Assembly: GCA_041666945.1 (NCBI GenBank) | Contig: JBAYFY010000002.1 | Coordinates: 129,076-193,075 of the forward strand | DNA from: Candidatus Buchananbacteria bacterium | GTDB lineage: Bacteria > Patescibacteriota > Patescibacteriia > 2-01-FULL-39-33 | Length of the DNA: 64,000 nt | Reading direction: 5' to 3' | Part shown: positions 19,038 to 29,800 of the stretch, in pieces | Position numbering within the stretch: position 1 is the stretch's first letter | How the letters are laid out: every line of letters begins with the position of its first letter | Notes under the pieces: model-generated | What the model saw: the letters and a program-made list of their open reading frames with translations, nothing else | Told to the model about the DNA's origin: nothing | The model's database searches: none | Position numbers and translations under genes: made by a program

Positions 19038-20108
19038 ATGCAAGATAAATTGCAACAATTGCAAATCAGATTTGAGGAATTAGAGCGCCTGCTGCAGCAG
19101 GACGCGGTGATTAATGATCCCGCCAAAATCAAAGAAGTGTCGCAGGAGTACGATGATTTAAAGGAAATTATCGCCGCCAAAAAAGAATTGGACAAAGTCA
19201 GCGCCGAATTAATCGGCGTAGAAAAAATGCTGGAAGAAAATAAAGACGATCAGGAATTATATAAAATATCACTGGAAGAAAAAACCGCTTTGGCGCGGCA
19301 GAAAGAGGAAGCGGAAAAGTTGATTAAGTCGCTGTTAGTCCCCAAAGATCCGGCCGACAAAAAGAACGTGATTGTGGAAATCCGCGCCGGCGCCGGCGGC
19401 GATGAAGCGGCGTTGTTTGCGGCCGAGCTGTTCCGCCTGTATAACCGCTACGCGGAAAGGCATAATTGGAAAGTCAAATTGATTTCCGACAATCGCATCG
19501 GCCTTGGCGGATTTAAAGAAGTGATTTTTGAAATTACCGGCAACGGCGTTTACGGCCGATTGAAGTTTGAAAGCGGCGTGCATCGCGTTCAGCGCGTGCC
19601 CGAGACCGAGAAGAAGGGCCGCGTGCATACTTCCACTGTTACAGTCGCTGTTTTGCCGGAAGTGGAAGAAGTGGATATGAGAATAGAACCCAAAGACCTC
19701 CGCATTGATACTTTTTGCGCCGGCGGCCACGGCGGCCAGTCGGTTAATACCACTTATTCGGCCGTGCGCATCACCCACTTGCCCACCGGACTGGCGGTTT
19801 CTTGCCAGGACGAACGCAGCCAATTGCAGAATCGGGAGAAGGCCATGTTGGTTTTGCGTTCCCGTTTGTACGACTTGAAACGCCAGGAAGAAGAAGCCAA
19901 GCTCTCCGCCGCGCGCAAATCGCAAATCGGCACGGGCGACCGAAGCGAGAAAATCCGCACTTACAACTTTCCCCAGGATCGCATTACCGATCATCGCATC
20001 AACGAGAATTTTTCCAATATCCCCGGCATCATGGATGGCGATTTGGACAGGATTTTGGATCAACTGAAAGAATTTTACGATGTCCAAGCCATTAACGGCC
20101 AGGAATGA
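19038..20108 (+). CDS. prfA: Peptide chain release factor 1
   Basis: GGQ motif ([11 protein letters not shown]), PET (PxT) tripeptide, RF1 domain order. Confidence 0.85.
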   Translation: MQDKLQQLQIRFEELERLLQQDAVINDPAKIKEVSQEYDDLKEIIAAKKELDKVSAELIGVEKMLEENKDDQELYKISLEEKTALARQKEEAEKLIKSLLVPKDPADKKNVIVEIRAGAGGDEAALFAAELFRLYNRYAERHNWKVKLISDNRIGLGGFKEVIFEITGNGVYGRLKFESGVHRVQRVPETEKKGRVHTSTVTVAVLPEVEEVDMRIEPKDLRIDTFCAGGHGGQSVNTTYSAVRITHLPTGLAVSCQDERSQLQNREKAMLVLRSRLYDLKRQEEEAKLSAARKSQIGTGDRSEKIRTYNFPQDRITDHRINENFSNIPGIMDGDLDRILDQLKEFYDVQAINGQE

Positions 20109-20167
20109 AGAATAATCGGGCAAACTTAAAAGCGTTCTCCTTGGAGAACGCTTTGTTCGTAAGGTGC

Positions 20168-20767
20168 TTAATGGCGGTTATCGGCGCTGTCGGGTGAATT
20201 TTTCCGCGGCCGGAGCTGAATGGCATCATCAAGTTTTAAGCGTTTGCGCGTAGGTTGACAATGCGCCACCAGAAGCAGCGCCCGGTTGCTTTCCAGCCGG
20301 CTTCCCCAACGCAACTTACACAGTCCAATGAGATATTCGGCATGGCCGTCCTGAAACGCCGGCGACTCGTGAATGGCTCGGAGCGGGCGCCATTTCTCGT
20401 CAGTCAGAATTAAAATGCTGTTTTTGTAAGGCGAGACGCGGAAAAGACGGATAAGATAATCAATTTTTCCGGCATAGTGCATTAGCGAGAATAACCACAT
20501 CCAGTATTGATGGGACTCGTCGTCTTGAATCGGTTCATTGCTTAGGCGACAAGTCATAGCCACAGCCGGCGGTAGTTTGAATTCTTTTATGAGAATTGAA
20601 CGCGGGATTTTGGCATAATTAATGCTGGTAAGGCACAGGGCTGATTTTATTTCTCTGCTTGGCTGTTGGCCGGTTGCCCTGGCCTCCCAAAATTCAACTA
20701 TGGCCTTCAGATAACCACTAATAGTTTGCCTGTATTCCTCAAGGGCGTCACTGCAACCGCAAGACAT
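20168..20767 (-). CDS. Hypothetical protein
   Basis: 199 aa ORF between prfA and prmC on opposite strand; no recognisable motif. Confidence 0.35.
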   Translation of the reverse strand: MSCGCSDALEEYRQTISGYLKAIVEFWEARATGQQPSREIKSALCLTSINYAKIPRSILIKEFKLPPAVAMTCRLSNEPIQDDESHQYWMWLFSLMHYAGKIDYLIRLFRVSPYKNSILILTDEKWRPLRAIHESPAFQDGHAEYLIGLCKLRWGSRLESNRALLLVAHCQPTRKRLKLDDAIQLRPRKNSPDSADNRH

Positions 20768-20861
20768 GATTAATTCCTCCTTTGCCTGTCGTTTTTAACG
20801 TTATATTTTATATGTTAAAGTCCTATATTTATAAACAGCATGTTATCATTTTTACTTTTTT

Positions 20862-21722
20862 ATGTCAATAAGCGAAATATTGCGGCCAGCCGTTAAAAAA
20901 TTGAAAAATCGGAATATTATCTCCGCCGAGCTTGATGCGGAATTGCTTTTGGCCTTTGTTTTGGCTCGGCCGCGCGAATATGTTCTGGCGCATCCGGAAT
21001 TTAAGTTGACCGCCAAGCAATTGAATAAGTTTAAAAATTTATTAAAACGCCGGATTAATTATGAACCGATAGCATATATTTTGGGCCGGAAAGAATTTTT
21101 TGGCTTGGAATTTAAGGTGAACAAAAATGTCTTAATCCCCCGCCCCGAGACCGAAACGCTCTGCGAACTGGCCATTGAATTTATCCGCGCCAACAAGATT
21201 AAGAAAATCGTTGATGTGGGCACGGGCTCGGGCGCCATTGCCTTGGCCGTAAAAAAATCCTTGCCCCAAATGGAAGTCCTGGCCGTAGACGATTCGATCT
21301 CGGCCCTGCTTCTGGCCAGGCAAAATGCCAAGCTGCATAAATTTAAAATCAATTTTCTTAAAAGCGATTTAGTGAAAAACATTCCTGATCACTGGCTGGC
21401 CGGGTCAGTAATCGTTACCAATCTCCCCTATCTGGATCGGGCGACGATAAAAAAATATTCTAAGTCGCTTAAGAAGCAATTGGCTCATGAACCGCCAGGA
21501 GCTTTATTTGCCGCTAGCCATGGCACTGCGGCGTATGCCGGATTATTCAAGCAACTGGTTGCTCGCCCGGTCAAGCCCCGCGCTGTTTTTTGCGAAATCG
21601 GTCCTTGCCATTGGCAGGAGTATTACAAGGTAGCGGAAAAGTATTTTCCGGCTACTGCGATAAAAATCGAACCGGATTTAGCGGGTAAAAAGAGATGTTT
21701 GATTATTGAATTTGATAATTAA
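20862..21722 (+). CDS. prmC: Release factor glutamine N5-methyltransferase PrmC/HemK
   Basis: VDVGTGSGAI SAM motif and NLPY (NPPY-type) motif. Confidence 0.8.
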   Translation: MSISEILRPAVKKLKNRNIISAELDAELLLAFVLARPREYVLAHPEFKLTAKQLNKFKNLLKRRINYEPIAYILGRKEFFGLEFKVNKNVLIPRPETETLCELAIEFIRANKIKKIVDVGTGSGAIALAVKKSLPQMEVLAVDDSISALLLARQNAKLHKFKINFLKSDLVKNIPDHWLAGSVIVTNLPYLDRATIKKYSKSLKKQLAHEPPGALFAASHGTAAYAGLFKQLVARPVKPRAVFCEIGPCHWQEYYKVAEKYFPATAIKIEPDLAGKKRCLIIEFDN

Positions 21723-21734
21723 TTTGATTTGAAT

Positions 21735-21842
21735 TGTATTCAATAAATGCGAGCATAACAAAATCTTGTGCGATTTTATGCGGGAACGACCAGAAAAGTT
21801 TTGCAAGCCTGCCTGCCGATTCTTCGCTTTACTCAGAATGAC
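21735..21842 (+). repeat. Copy 1 of a ~100-bp repeated hairpin element (second copy at 34695-34913)
   Basis: TGTATTCAATAAATGCGAGCATAACAAAATCTTGTGCGATTTTATGCGGGAACGACCAGAAAAGTTTTGCAAGC ... GATTCTTCGCTTTACTCAGAATGACA; 12-bp stem GCATAACAAAATC/GATTTTATGC. Confidence 0.6.
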
Positions 21843-21889
21843 ATACATAAAAAACAACCTACTTACGCAGGTTGTTTTTTATGTAGAAA

Positions 21890-22561
21890 TTATTTTTTAT
21901 CCTTGCCTTCTTCAGCGGCTGAAGCGTCGGGAGCCGCAGTTTCGCCTTCCGCCGGGACTTCGCCCTCAACTGCCGGAGCGGCCGCCGGGACCTCTTCCAC
22001 TTCAATCTTGGGTCTGGCTACGTTGACCACGGCATCTTGCGGGTGGTGATGCAATACTTCTAAGGTTGCCGGAATCTTCAAATCAGCCAAGGTGATAACA
22101 TCGTCAAAAGTGTTTAAGGGAGTGATATCAACTGAAATTTCATGGACTAAATCAGTCGGCAGACAGCGAACTTCCAATTCGGAAATATTATGCACTAAAA
22201 CCCCGGCGTCTTCCTTGACAGCGCGGGATTCGCCGATAAAATTCAAAGGAATGGTGGCGTGCATTTTTTCTTTCATATTCACCCGATGCAAATCAGTATG
22301 GGTAATGCGGCCCTTAACCGGTTCAAATTGTACTTCAGAAACGATAGTTTTAATCGGCGCTCCTCCGTCAACGCTTAAATCAATAATCGTGCTCTCGCCG
22401 GCTTCTTTAAGTACCTTTTCAAATTCAATGTAATTAAGCTCTAAGTTCTGGTTGGCTTGGCCGTGGCCGTAAATTACAGCCGGGATTGATCCCCGATCCC
22501 TTAGGGCCTGGACTTTTTTACCCGATTCTTTGCGGGTTTTAGCGTTTAAATTCAATGTCAT
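21890..22561 (-). CDS. rplY: 50S ribosomal protein L25/general stress protein Ctc
   Basis: MTLNLNAKTRKESGKKVQALRDRGSIPAVIYGHG... Confidence 0.85.
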   Translation of the reverse strand: MTLNLNAKTRKESGKKVQALRDRGSIPAVIYGHGQANQNLELNYIEFEKVLKEAGESTIIDLSVDGGAPIKTIVSEVQFEPVKGRITHTDLHRVNMKEKMHATIPLNFIGESRAVKEDAGVLVHNISELEVRCLPTDLVHEISVDITPLNTFDDVITLADLKIPATLEVLHHHPQDAVVNVARPKIEVEEVPAAAPAVEGEVPAEGETAAPDASAAEEGKDKK

Positions 22562-22720
22562 AGTAAAGGTTAATTCGTAATAACCAGGTTACTTTAGCAT
22601 TAAATTATTTTTTTGTCAAATTAACAATGCCTGATCGCCCATACGACAAATAAACTGTTTTAGAGCAAGAAAAAAAGCCCCGCTAATTGGAGCTTTATTT
22701 GGTTTGGTAAAAGGTGCTGA

Positions 22721-23332
22721 TTAATCGGCGGAAGCGGAGGGCTCGGTGTTGGCATCTGCGGCCGGAAAGGCGCTATATTTGATCATAGCCGTTCCTGAAC
22801 TATCGTCAGGGAAAATTCCATAAAGAGTTGTTAGGTTTGATTGGTCGGGCAAACGCCGGGGTCTTCCTCTCTTTAGTCGCCGAGGAAGAGGAAAGAGTTG
22901 TTCATCGGATGGATCATCGGCCGGAGATTGTTCCTGGAGGGGAAAACCATTGTTTAGTTGCTCAATTAATACCTGATCGGGCGTTTTAAAGATCACCTCT
23001 TGTTTTTCGTGATCATAATCGGCAAATAACCGGTTAAAAGCAAAAATAATTCGCAGATTTTCATCAAGCAGGACGCCATAGTCGCAAACAATTTCTTCGG
23101 TGCCAAGAATCTTACTGACTAAATTAGCCATCTTGGTTTCTTCGGGGTAAACGGCCATAAATTCTTCGGCCAGTTTAGTTTTGCCTCGCATGATAATCAA
23201 ATAACAATCCTGCGCCTCCCCATCCGTGGGATCTTGAGAATCTTGACGGCCTGGCAGTTTTACCTTGACTCGATGATTTTGCAAGTCAAACCGTAAAAAA
23301 GAAAGAGCGTTACCGCATGTCAGATTGTTCAT
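22721..23332 (-). CDS. Hypothetical protein (contains RGRPRR AT-hook-like motif)
   Basis: 203 aa ORF 37 nt downstream of radical SAM/SPASM gene, same strand. Confidence 0.35.
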   Translation of the reverse strand: MNNLTCGNALSFLRFDLQNHRVKVKLPGRQDSQDPTDGEAQDCYLIIMRGKTKLAEEFMAVYPEETKMANLVSKILGTEEIVCDYGVLLDENLRIIFAFNRLFADYDHEKQEVIFKTPDQVLIEQLNNGFPLQEQSPADDPSDEQLFPLPRRLKRGRPRRLPDQSNLTTLYGIFPDDSSGTAMIKYSAFPAADANTEPSASAD

Positions 23333-23369
23333 TTTTTCTCCTTAATTTGGTTGCCGATTGCCGTTTAAA

Positions 23370-24389
23370 TTAATTGAATAAGCTACGGATGCAACAGAAT
23401 GGCGCTTGTCCGAATTTATCAAAATGAGCCAAGGCCATGGATTTGCATCCGCCTTGGCACCAGGAATACTTCTGGCAGTTTTTGCATATCCCCGCCGCTT
23501 GGCAGATTTTATCATCCCGAAATAATCTCATAATTCCATTGTCTTGCCGCCAAATTTCTTTTAATGTTTTCTGCCGTATATTGCCTAAAATAAAACGTTC
23601 ATCCATTAGTGATAAGCAGGGCAAAACATTGCCGCAGGCATCAATCCCTATGGTCTGTTTGCCGGCCGTGCAGCCCGGCCAACCCGGACCGCGCAATAGA
23701 GTACAGTCATAACCGAAACAATCGGCCGCTCTGATATCTAAACAGGATTGATAAATATTACGCAGCTTTATTAAGGCAAGGCAAATTTCGCGGAATATTT
23801 TTTCATCTATTGCTAACTCGCTGTTATCTTTAGCTCGCCCGATAGGTGAAACCAGCTGAACTTGCCAGCCGGAAGCCCCGACCTTATGCAGCAGCTTGGC
23901 CAACTCCGGCAGTATCGCGTAATTCAGGCGACTGACAGTGGTAATGGCGGCAACCCGCAGACCTGCGGCCTTGGCCGTAGCGATGGCGTTTAGCGCCATT
24001 AGCCAGGAACGGTTATTGCCACGGATATAGTTATGTATGGCCGAATTGCCATCAACGGAAACGCCAAGAGTGCGGGCTCCCGCGTCTTTGAGTCGCTTAG
24101 CCAGATTATCGGTCATGGTTAAGCCGTTAGTGATTAAGGCGAAACCGATATTTTTTTCTTGCAGGCCGTCAAGCAGTTGCGGAAAATCATCTTTAATGGT
24201 TGTTTCACCGCCGGACAGTGTTAACTGTTTTAAGCCCAGTCCCCGTAATTGATCAAAGACCAGCAGCCATTCTTTAGCTGTCAACTCGTTGGCTTTAGTG
24301 TTTTTTACGCAATTAGAACCGCAATGTCGGCAATTGAGATTGCAACTTGCGGTCGTTTCTACTACCGCGTTAGTGATTTCTTCAAACAA
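23370..24389 (-). CDS. Radical SAM/SPASM domain protein
   Basis: CNLNCRHCGS CxxxCxxC at residue 16; C-terminal CxxxxC...CxxCxxxxxCxxxC SPASM-like cysteines (CLSLM, CKNCQKYSWCQGGC). Confidence 0.7.
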   Translation of the reverse strand: MFEEITNAVVETTASCNLNCRHCGSNCVKNTKANELTAKEWLLVFDQLRGLGLKQLTLSGGETTIKDDFPQLLDGLQEKNIGFALITNGLTMTDNLAKRLKDAGARTLGVSVDGNSAIHNYIRGNNRSWLMALNAIATAKAAGLRVAAITTVSRLNYAILPELAKLLHKVGASGWQVQLVSPIGRAKDNSELAIDEKIFREICLALIKLRNIYQSCLDIRAADCFGYDCTLLRGPGWPGCTAGKQTIGIDACGNVLPCLSLMDERFILGNIRQKTLKEIWRQDNGIMRLFRDDKICQAAGICKNCQKYSWCQGGCKSMALAHFDKFGQAPFCCIRSLFN

Positions 24390-24477
24390 TAGATCACCCT
24401 CCTTCCCGTATTTTGTTGAGTTATTAAAATGTAAAGAACTCTTGATATTGTATATTATCTTAAAAAAAATAAGCTTG

Positions 24478-25587
24478 TCAAGCGGCGCGACGGCCGTATC
24501 GGGCGATGGATAAGTTGATGCCGATAAGTATCATCATGGTCAGTAAAAAGCTGCCGCCGTAAGAAACTAACGGCAAAGAAATTCCGGTTACCGGCAACAG
24601 GCCGACGCACATGCCGATATTGATGAAAACATGGAAAAAAACCAGCGCGGCTGTCAGCAGCGCGATAAACATGCCCAAATCGTCAGGCGCGCGCGCGGCA
24701 ATGCGGTATAAGCGGAAAAAGAACAAACTGAACAAACTTAAAACCATACAAACGCCGACAAAACCGATTTCTTCAGCTATGACAGAGAAAATAAAGTCAG
24801 TTTGGCTTTCCGGAATGAATTTCAATTGGCTTTGGCTGCCAAAGCCCAATCCCCGGCCCATGAGTTTTCCGGCGCCGACCGCGATGATTGACTGGCGCAC
24901 GTTGTAGCCCCGGCCTTGCGGATCCAAAGCCGGATTGATAAAGGTAAAAATGCGGTCTTTTTGGTAATCTTGGAAAATGAAAAACCAGGCGCCAAGCAAG
25001 GAAGCGATAATTAAACCGAAGATCAAGAAAAATTGCCAGCGTTTTTGAACAATCAGCAGGAAAGCCGTTAGCCAGATGAAAAATAACACCATGGCTGAAC
25101 CGAAATCGGGTTGCAGGGCAACCAAAAATAACGGCACCGCCACAATGGCGCCCAAAAATATCAAGTGCCAGAATTTATACAGCGTTCGGCTGTAGCGGCT
25201 GCAAATATCAGCTAAAACGATGATCAAAAATACCTTGGTCAATTCTACGGGCTGAAAGCTCATGAAGCCAAGATCAAACCAGCCGCGGGCGCCGTTAACC
25301 ACTTGGCCCAAAGGAGTTAAAACCAAAATCAGCAGCAGGATGGACGCGGCATAGCCGATCCAGCCGATATAACGGAAAACGCGGTAGTCCAAAAAAGAAA
25401 TCACGCCGGCCGCGCCCAAGGAAACGAAGAGCCAGAGGATTTGCTTGCGGAAATTATCAAATTCGCCTAAGCCGCGGCCCAAGGCGACGCTGTAAATGGC
25501 GGCCAAACCGAAAAGCATTAAAAAAATCGAGCTGGCCAAAAGCCACCAATCGATTTTTTTGAATAAATTTGTAATTAATGTCTGCAT
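24478..25587 (-). CDS. SEDS family cell-cycle protein (FtsW/RodA)
   Basis: 10-TM protein with FtsW/RodA-like motifs (DFGSA, GxGxG loops). Confidence 0.8.
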   Translation of the reverse strand: MQTLITNLFKKIDWWLLASSIFLMLFGLAAIYSVALGRGLGEFDNFRKQILWLFVSLGAAGVISFLDYRVFRYIGWIGYAASILLLILVLTPLGQVVNGARGWFDLGFMSFQPVELTKVFLIIVLADICSRYSRTLYKFWHLIFLGAIVAVPLFLVALQPDFGSAMVLFFIWLTAFLLIVQKRWQFFLIFGLIIASLLGAWFFIFQDYQKDRIFTFINPALDPQGRGYNVRQSIIAVGAGKLMGRGLGFGSQSQLKFIPESQTDFIFSVIAEEIGFVGVCMVLSLFSLFFFRLYRIAARAPDDLGMFIALLTAALVFFHVFINIGMCVGLLPVTGISLPLVSYGGSFLLTMMILIGINLSIARYGRRAA

Positions 25588-25610
25588 TGCTTGTTGTCAA
25601 ATATTGCCTT

Positions 25611-26849
25611 CTATTCGTGCCTTAAGGCGGCGATGGGATTCATATTGGCCGCCTGGCGCGCCGGGTAATAACCGAAGATCAGTCCGACGGCGCCGCAGAA
25701 ACCGAAGGCGATGGCGATGGATTGCGGCGGCAAAATGAATTGCCAACTGTAACCCAAAAGGCCTGCGGCAAAACTGATCAGATAAGAAGCGCCAATGCCG
25801 GCAATAATTCCCAGGGCCCCGCCAAGCAAAGTGATTATAACCGCTTCATAAAGAAATTGCCAGAGGATCTGGCCCTTTTTGGCGCCGACGGCTTTGCGCA
25901 AGCCGATTTCAAAAGTGCGTTCCGAAACCGAGACATACATGATATTCATGATGCCCACGCCGCCGACGAGAAGCGAAATGCCGGCGATGGCGATTAACAG
26001 CAAGGTGATGCCGTTAAAAATCGTGTTGATCATGTCCCGGGCTTCGGTCATGGTGGTAACGGAAAAGTCGTCATACTTGGGGTCGTCGATTTCGTGGCGA
26101 GTGCGCAAGAGATAAACAATATCATCGGCTGTTTGGTCTTCTTTGCCGGTGTCGATGATATTGGCGGTAATAGTTTGGATGTAATCAATGCCCATGACGA
26201 TTTTTTGCAAGGTTTTGACCGGCACATAAGCCAATTGGTCAAAGTCAAAACCGAAAGTAGCGCCGGCTTCATCCATGACGCCGACAACGCGGAATTTGTT
26301 GCGGCCGATTTTAATATCCTGTCCGATGGGATTTTGGTTACCGAATAATTTAGCTGACAGTTTGCTGCCCAGCACAACGACGCGCGCCAGTTCATTGTTT
26401 TCGTCTAAAGTGAAGAAACGCCCGGTTTTGACTTTGGTTTTGCCCATCTCCACGTAAGCCGGCAAGGTGCCGATCAAATTGACGGATTTTTGCTGGTCTT
26501 GAAAGGACACCACTTCCTGATCCATGATCATGGGATAATAGGCCTCAATATTGGGCAGTTTGCCTATGGCCTCGGCATCGTCCATAGTCATAGTGGTAAC
26601 AGCCACGCCTTGCGCCATGGTAGTGGCGTTTTGGGCGGAATTTTTTCCCGTGGTCGGCACCTTAACCTCTATTTGTATTATTTTTGAACCGAAGGCCTCC
26701 AGTTGTCCCAGAATTTCCCCCTTCAATCCCTCCCCCGCCGACATAACAATAATCACCGCGGCAATACCGATAATAATGCCGATCACCGTTAAAGCGGTGC
26801 GGGTTTTGTTGTTTTGCAAAGATTTCAGAGCGATGTTAAGTGATTGCAT
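25611..26849 (-). CDS. ABC transporter permease, MacB/FtsX-like
   Basis: N-terminal TM plus large periplasmic domain plus C-terminal FtsX 3-TM bundle. Confidence 0.75.
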   Translation of the reverse strand: MQSLNIALKSLQNNKTRTALTVIGIIIGIAAVIIVMSAGEGLKGEILGQLEAFGSKIIQIEVKVPTTGKNSAQNATTMAQGVAVTTMTMDDAEAIGKLPNIEAYYPMIMDQEVVSFQDQQKSVNLIGTLPAYVEMGKTKVKTGRFFTLDENNELARVVVLGSKLSAKLFGNQNPIGQDIKIGRNKFRVVGVMDEAGATFGFDFDQLAYVPVKTLQKIVMGIDYIQTITANIIDTGKEDQTADDIVYLLRTRHEIDDPKYDDFSVTTMTEARDMINTIFNGITLLLIAIAGISLLVGGVGIMNIMYVSVSERTFEIGLRKAVGAKKGQILWQFLYEAVIITLLGGALGIIAGIGASYLISFAAGLLGYSWQFILPPQSIAIAFGFCGAVGLIFGYYPARQAANMNPIAALRHE

Positions 26850-26898
26850 AAGAACGCTTATGGTAATCTTAGTTAAAACTACGCGCTACTGGCCGCGC

Positions 26899-29800
26899 TT
26901 AAGCGCGGAAATCGCAGATGCCGTTGTAATCGCACCATTTGCAGGTGTTTTCCGACGGCTGCGGCGGGAATTTGCCGCGTTTTATATTGGTGACGGTAGC
27001 AATGATTTTTTCTTTCATTTTTTCCAGTTCTTGAGGCGTGCCCAAAAAAGACAATTCGGAATTGTTGTCAAAGTAATAGTAGGCCAATTCTTTGACCGGC
27101 TGGCGCAACACCTGCTCGGCCGCTAATTGATAAATCAACAATTGTTCTCTATCTTCCGCTTCCAGTTTTTTCTTGGGACTGCCGGTTTTGTAATCAATCA
27201 GCCGCAAGCCGCCTTCAACCTCGTCAATGCGATCAATGGCGCCACGCACCGATACTTCCGGCGCCAGTTTGACGGTAAAGCCCTTTTCCAGCTCTTTGGC
27301 CAAAGCCGGCGCTTGCCGCCAACGTTCAAAAAATTCTTTCAGGCAATCCAGGCCGTGATCATGGTATTTGCGTTTGGTTAACGCATCCGGATACCACTCG
27401 TCCACAAAAGACATTTCATAAAGTTCCTTAACCTCGTCCCAAGAAATTTCCAGCGAATCCCCCGTTTCACCAAACAGGTTTTTCTGTTTGGCCTCGGCCT
27501 TGGTCCGCGCCAAGATAAAAAATTTCTGCATGATGGAATGCATGGTTTTGCCGAAAGAAAAGACGGGCTTGCCTTTTATGGGCAGACGCAAGACGTGGGC
27601 AAAGCGGTATTGGTAGGGACAGGACTCAAAGGATTTTAACTGGGTAAAAGAAATCGTGGGCAAAAGCGGTTTGCCGCCGGCCGGCAATGACTCGTCGGCT
27701 TGTCGGGATTTGGCCGCAAACAATGAATCGGAATTGGGCGCAGCCGAAGCGGTGGCGGCCAGAGCAAAGCCATCCTCGTTGAGCTCCGTTAAAAAGCGCG
27801 AAAGTTTTTTGGCTCGGGCGCCGCCATAGTCCTCGGCCGAAGAAAAATACAGGCCTTGCTTGGCGCGCGTCATGGCGACGTAAAACAAGCGTCGTTCTTC
27901 CTGCAGGTGCGCGTCGCCTTCCGGGAGAATTTCCTTGGTCAGCGCCGCGGGCAATTCCAGCCGATCGCTCTTGTTGCCCGAAGGGAATTTTCTGTCCACC
28001 AGATTGGCGATAAAAACATATTTGAATTCCAGGCCCTTGGCCGAATGCACGGTCATGACCCTGACCGAATCGGGGCTTAGATCCTCCAGATTGGGCGCTA
28101 AAGCGCCTTCCTCCCCCGCCTCCAGTTCCAAATCCAAAAGAGCGCGGAAATTATTCAAGCTGCGATCCAAGTTATCTTTTTCAAACGTCAGCATCTTGCG
28201 ATAAAACTGATTCAGGTAATTGAGTTCTTGGCGATTCTCCAAGTTATCTTTGGCAGTCAGGCGCTTGAGATAGCCGGTGGCTTCCAGAAAATCCTGGCAG
28301 AGCTCCGTGGGACGGGCGCCGGCTTGGGCGCGCGCGGTTTGTGTTTCAATCAGCCCGGCGATTTTAAGCAGTTTTTTTCTGCCTTCTTCGGACAACCCCG
28401 GCAGCAAGGAATTCTGTTTGGCGGCTTCAAACAGCGACCAGGCGCGTTTGCCCGCCTGATAATTAAGCGTGCCGAAATCAGTCAAGTTGATTTGCCAGGC
28501 CGGCAAACTTAGAATGCGGAACATGGCGATATTTTCGCGATAATCATCCAGCACCTTGAACCAATTCATAATATCCAAAATGATCTTCTTGCCGTAAAGA
28601 CCGCGCGAAGCCATAAACATGTAAGGAATGTTGGCGGACTCCAAGGCGTAACAAAAGCCGTCGGCCGAAGCGTTGGCGCGCACCAGAATCGCAAAATCCG
28701 ACCATTTGGTTTCCGGGCTGTCGTTATATAATCCAATAATTTTATCCACCGCCGCTTTAACTTCATCGGCGATGGTTTGGCCGTGCAAATGGATTATTTC
28801 TCCCTGGCCTTTCAAATGAGCGGTGAGTTTTTTGGATAATTTTTTCCGGCCTTGGGACAGTTTTGCCTCCAGCCGGTCGGGATTGTTTCGTTGGATGAAA
28901 TTGTAAGACAAATCCAAAATATTCTGGCAGGAACGATAGTTATCGGTCAGTAAGATTTCTTTGGCGCCGGGAAAATCATCTTTGAACTGCAAAATATTGG
29001 ACACCGATGCGCCGCGGAATTTATAAATTGATTGATCATCGTCGCCGACCACCGTCAGATTGTTTTTGGGTTCGGCTAAAAGCTTGACCAGCTCATATTG
29101 CGCCCAATTGGTGTCTTGAAATTCATCCACCAGAATATGCTTGAATTGCGAGCGGTATTTATACAATACCGCCTTCCTGGTTTTAAATAACCGGAGAGTG
29201 TAATTTATCAGATCGCCGAAATCCAAAGCGTTGTTTTCTAACAGTAATTGCTGATAAGTGTGGTAAGCGTCGGCGATTTCCAGTTGTTTGGAAATTTCTT
29301 CCGTTTTTAATTCGGCAATTTCCGTCGGCGACAGGTTTTCTCGCGCGTCTTCCTTGATTATTGCTTTGAGAAAATCTGCGGAATCAGCGTTTAGTTTTAA
29401 GTTTTCCGCGTATTCCAAATAAGCGGCCGCGGAGATTTCTTCGTCTTTGGCGCGAGAAAACAGTTTTAATAAATCATGAATGAATTTAGTGGGATTGCCC
29501 AAGGGGCGGTAGTGTTTGAGATTGAAGCGATCCAGATTTTGGCGCACCAACAGCCATTGTTCGGTTTGGGTGAGCAGGCGGAAATCAGCCGGCAAACCTA
29601 TCTCCAACCCGTATTCCTTGAGAACTCGTTCACAGAAAGCATGAAAAGTGGAAATCCATAAATCGTTGTAGCCCAGAGGCAGGAGTCGATCTACACGTTC
29701 TTCCATTTCAGCCGCGGCTTTGTCGGTAAAAGTCAGAGCCAGGATCTGTTCGGGACGGATTCCCTGCTCAATAACCAGCCAGGCGATTTTAGAAGTGATA

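Noticed and set aside
19335-20123. 262-aa antisense ORF opposite prfA, and similar long antisense ORFs opposite tsf, rpsB, gap, rpoA, rpsD and the giant gene
   Set aside because: Shadow ORFs in GC-biased coding regions. The sense-strand products are unambiguous conserved proteins.
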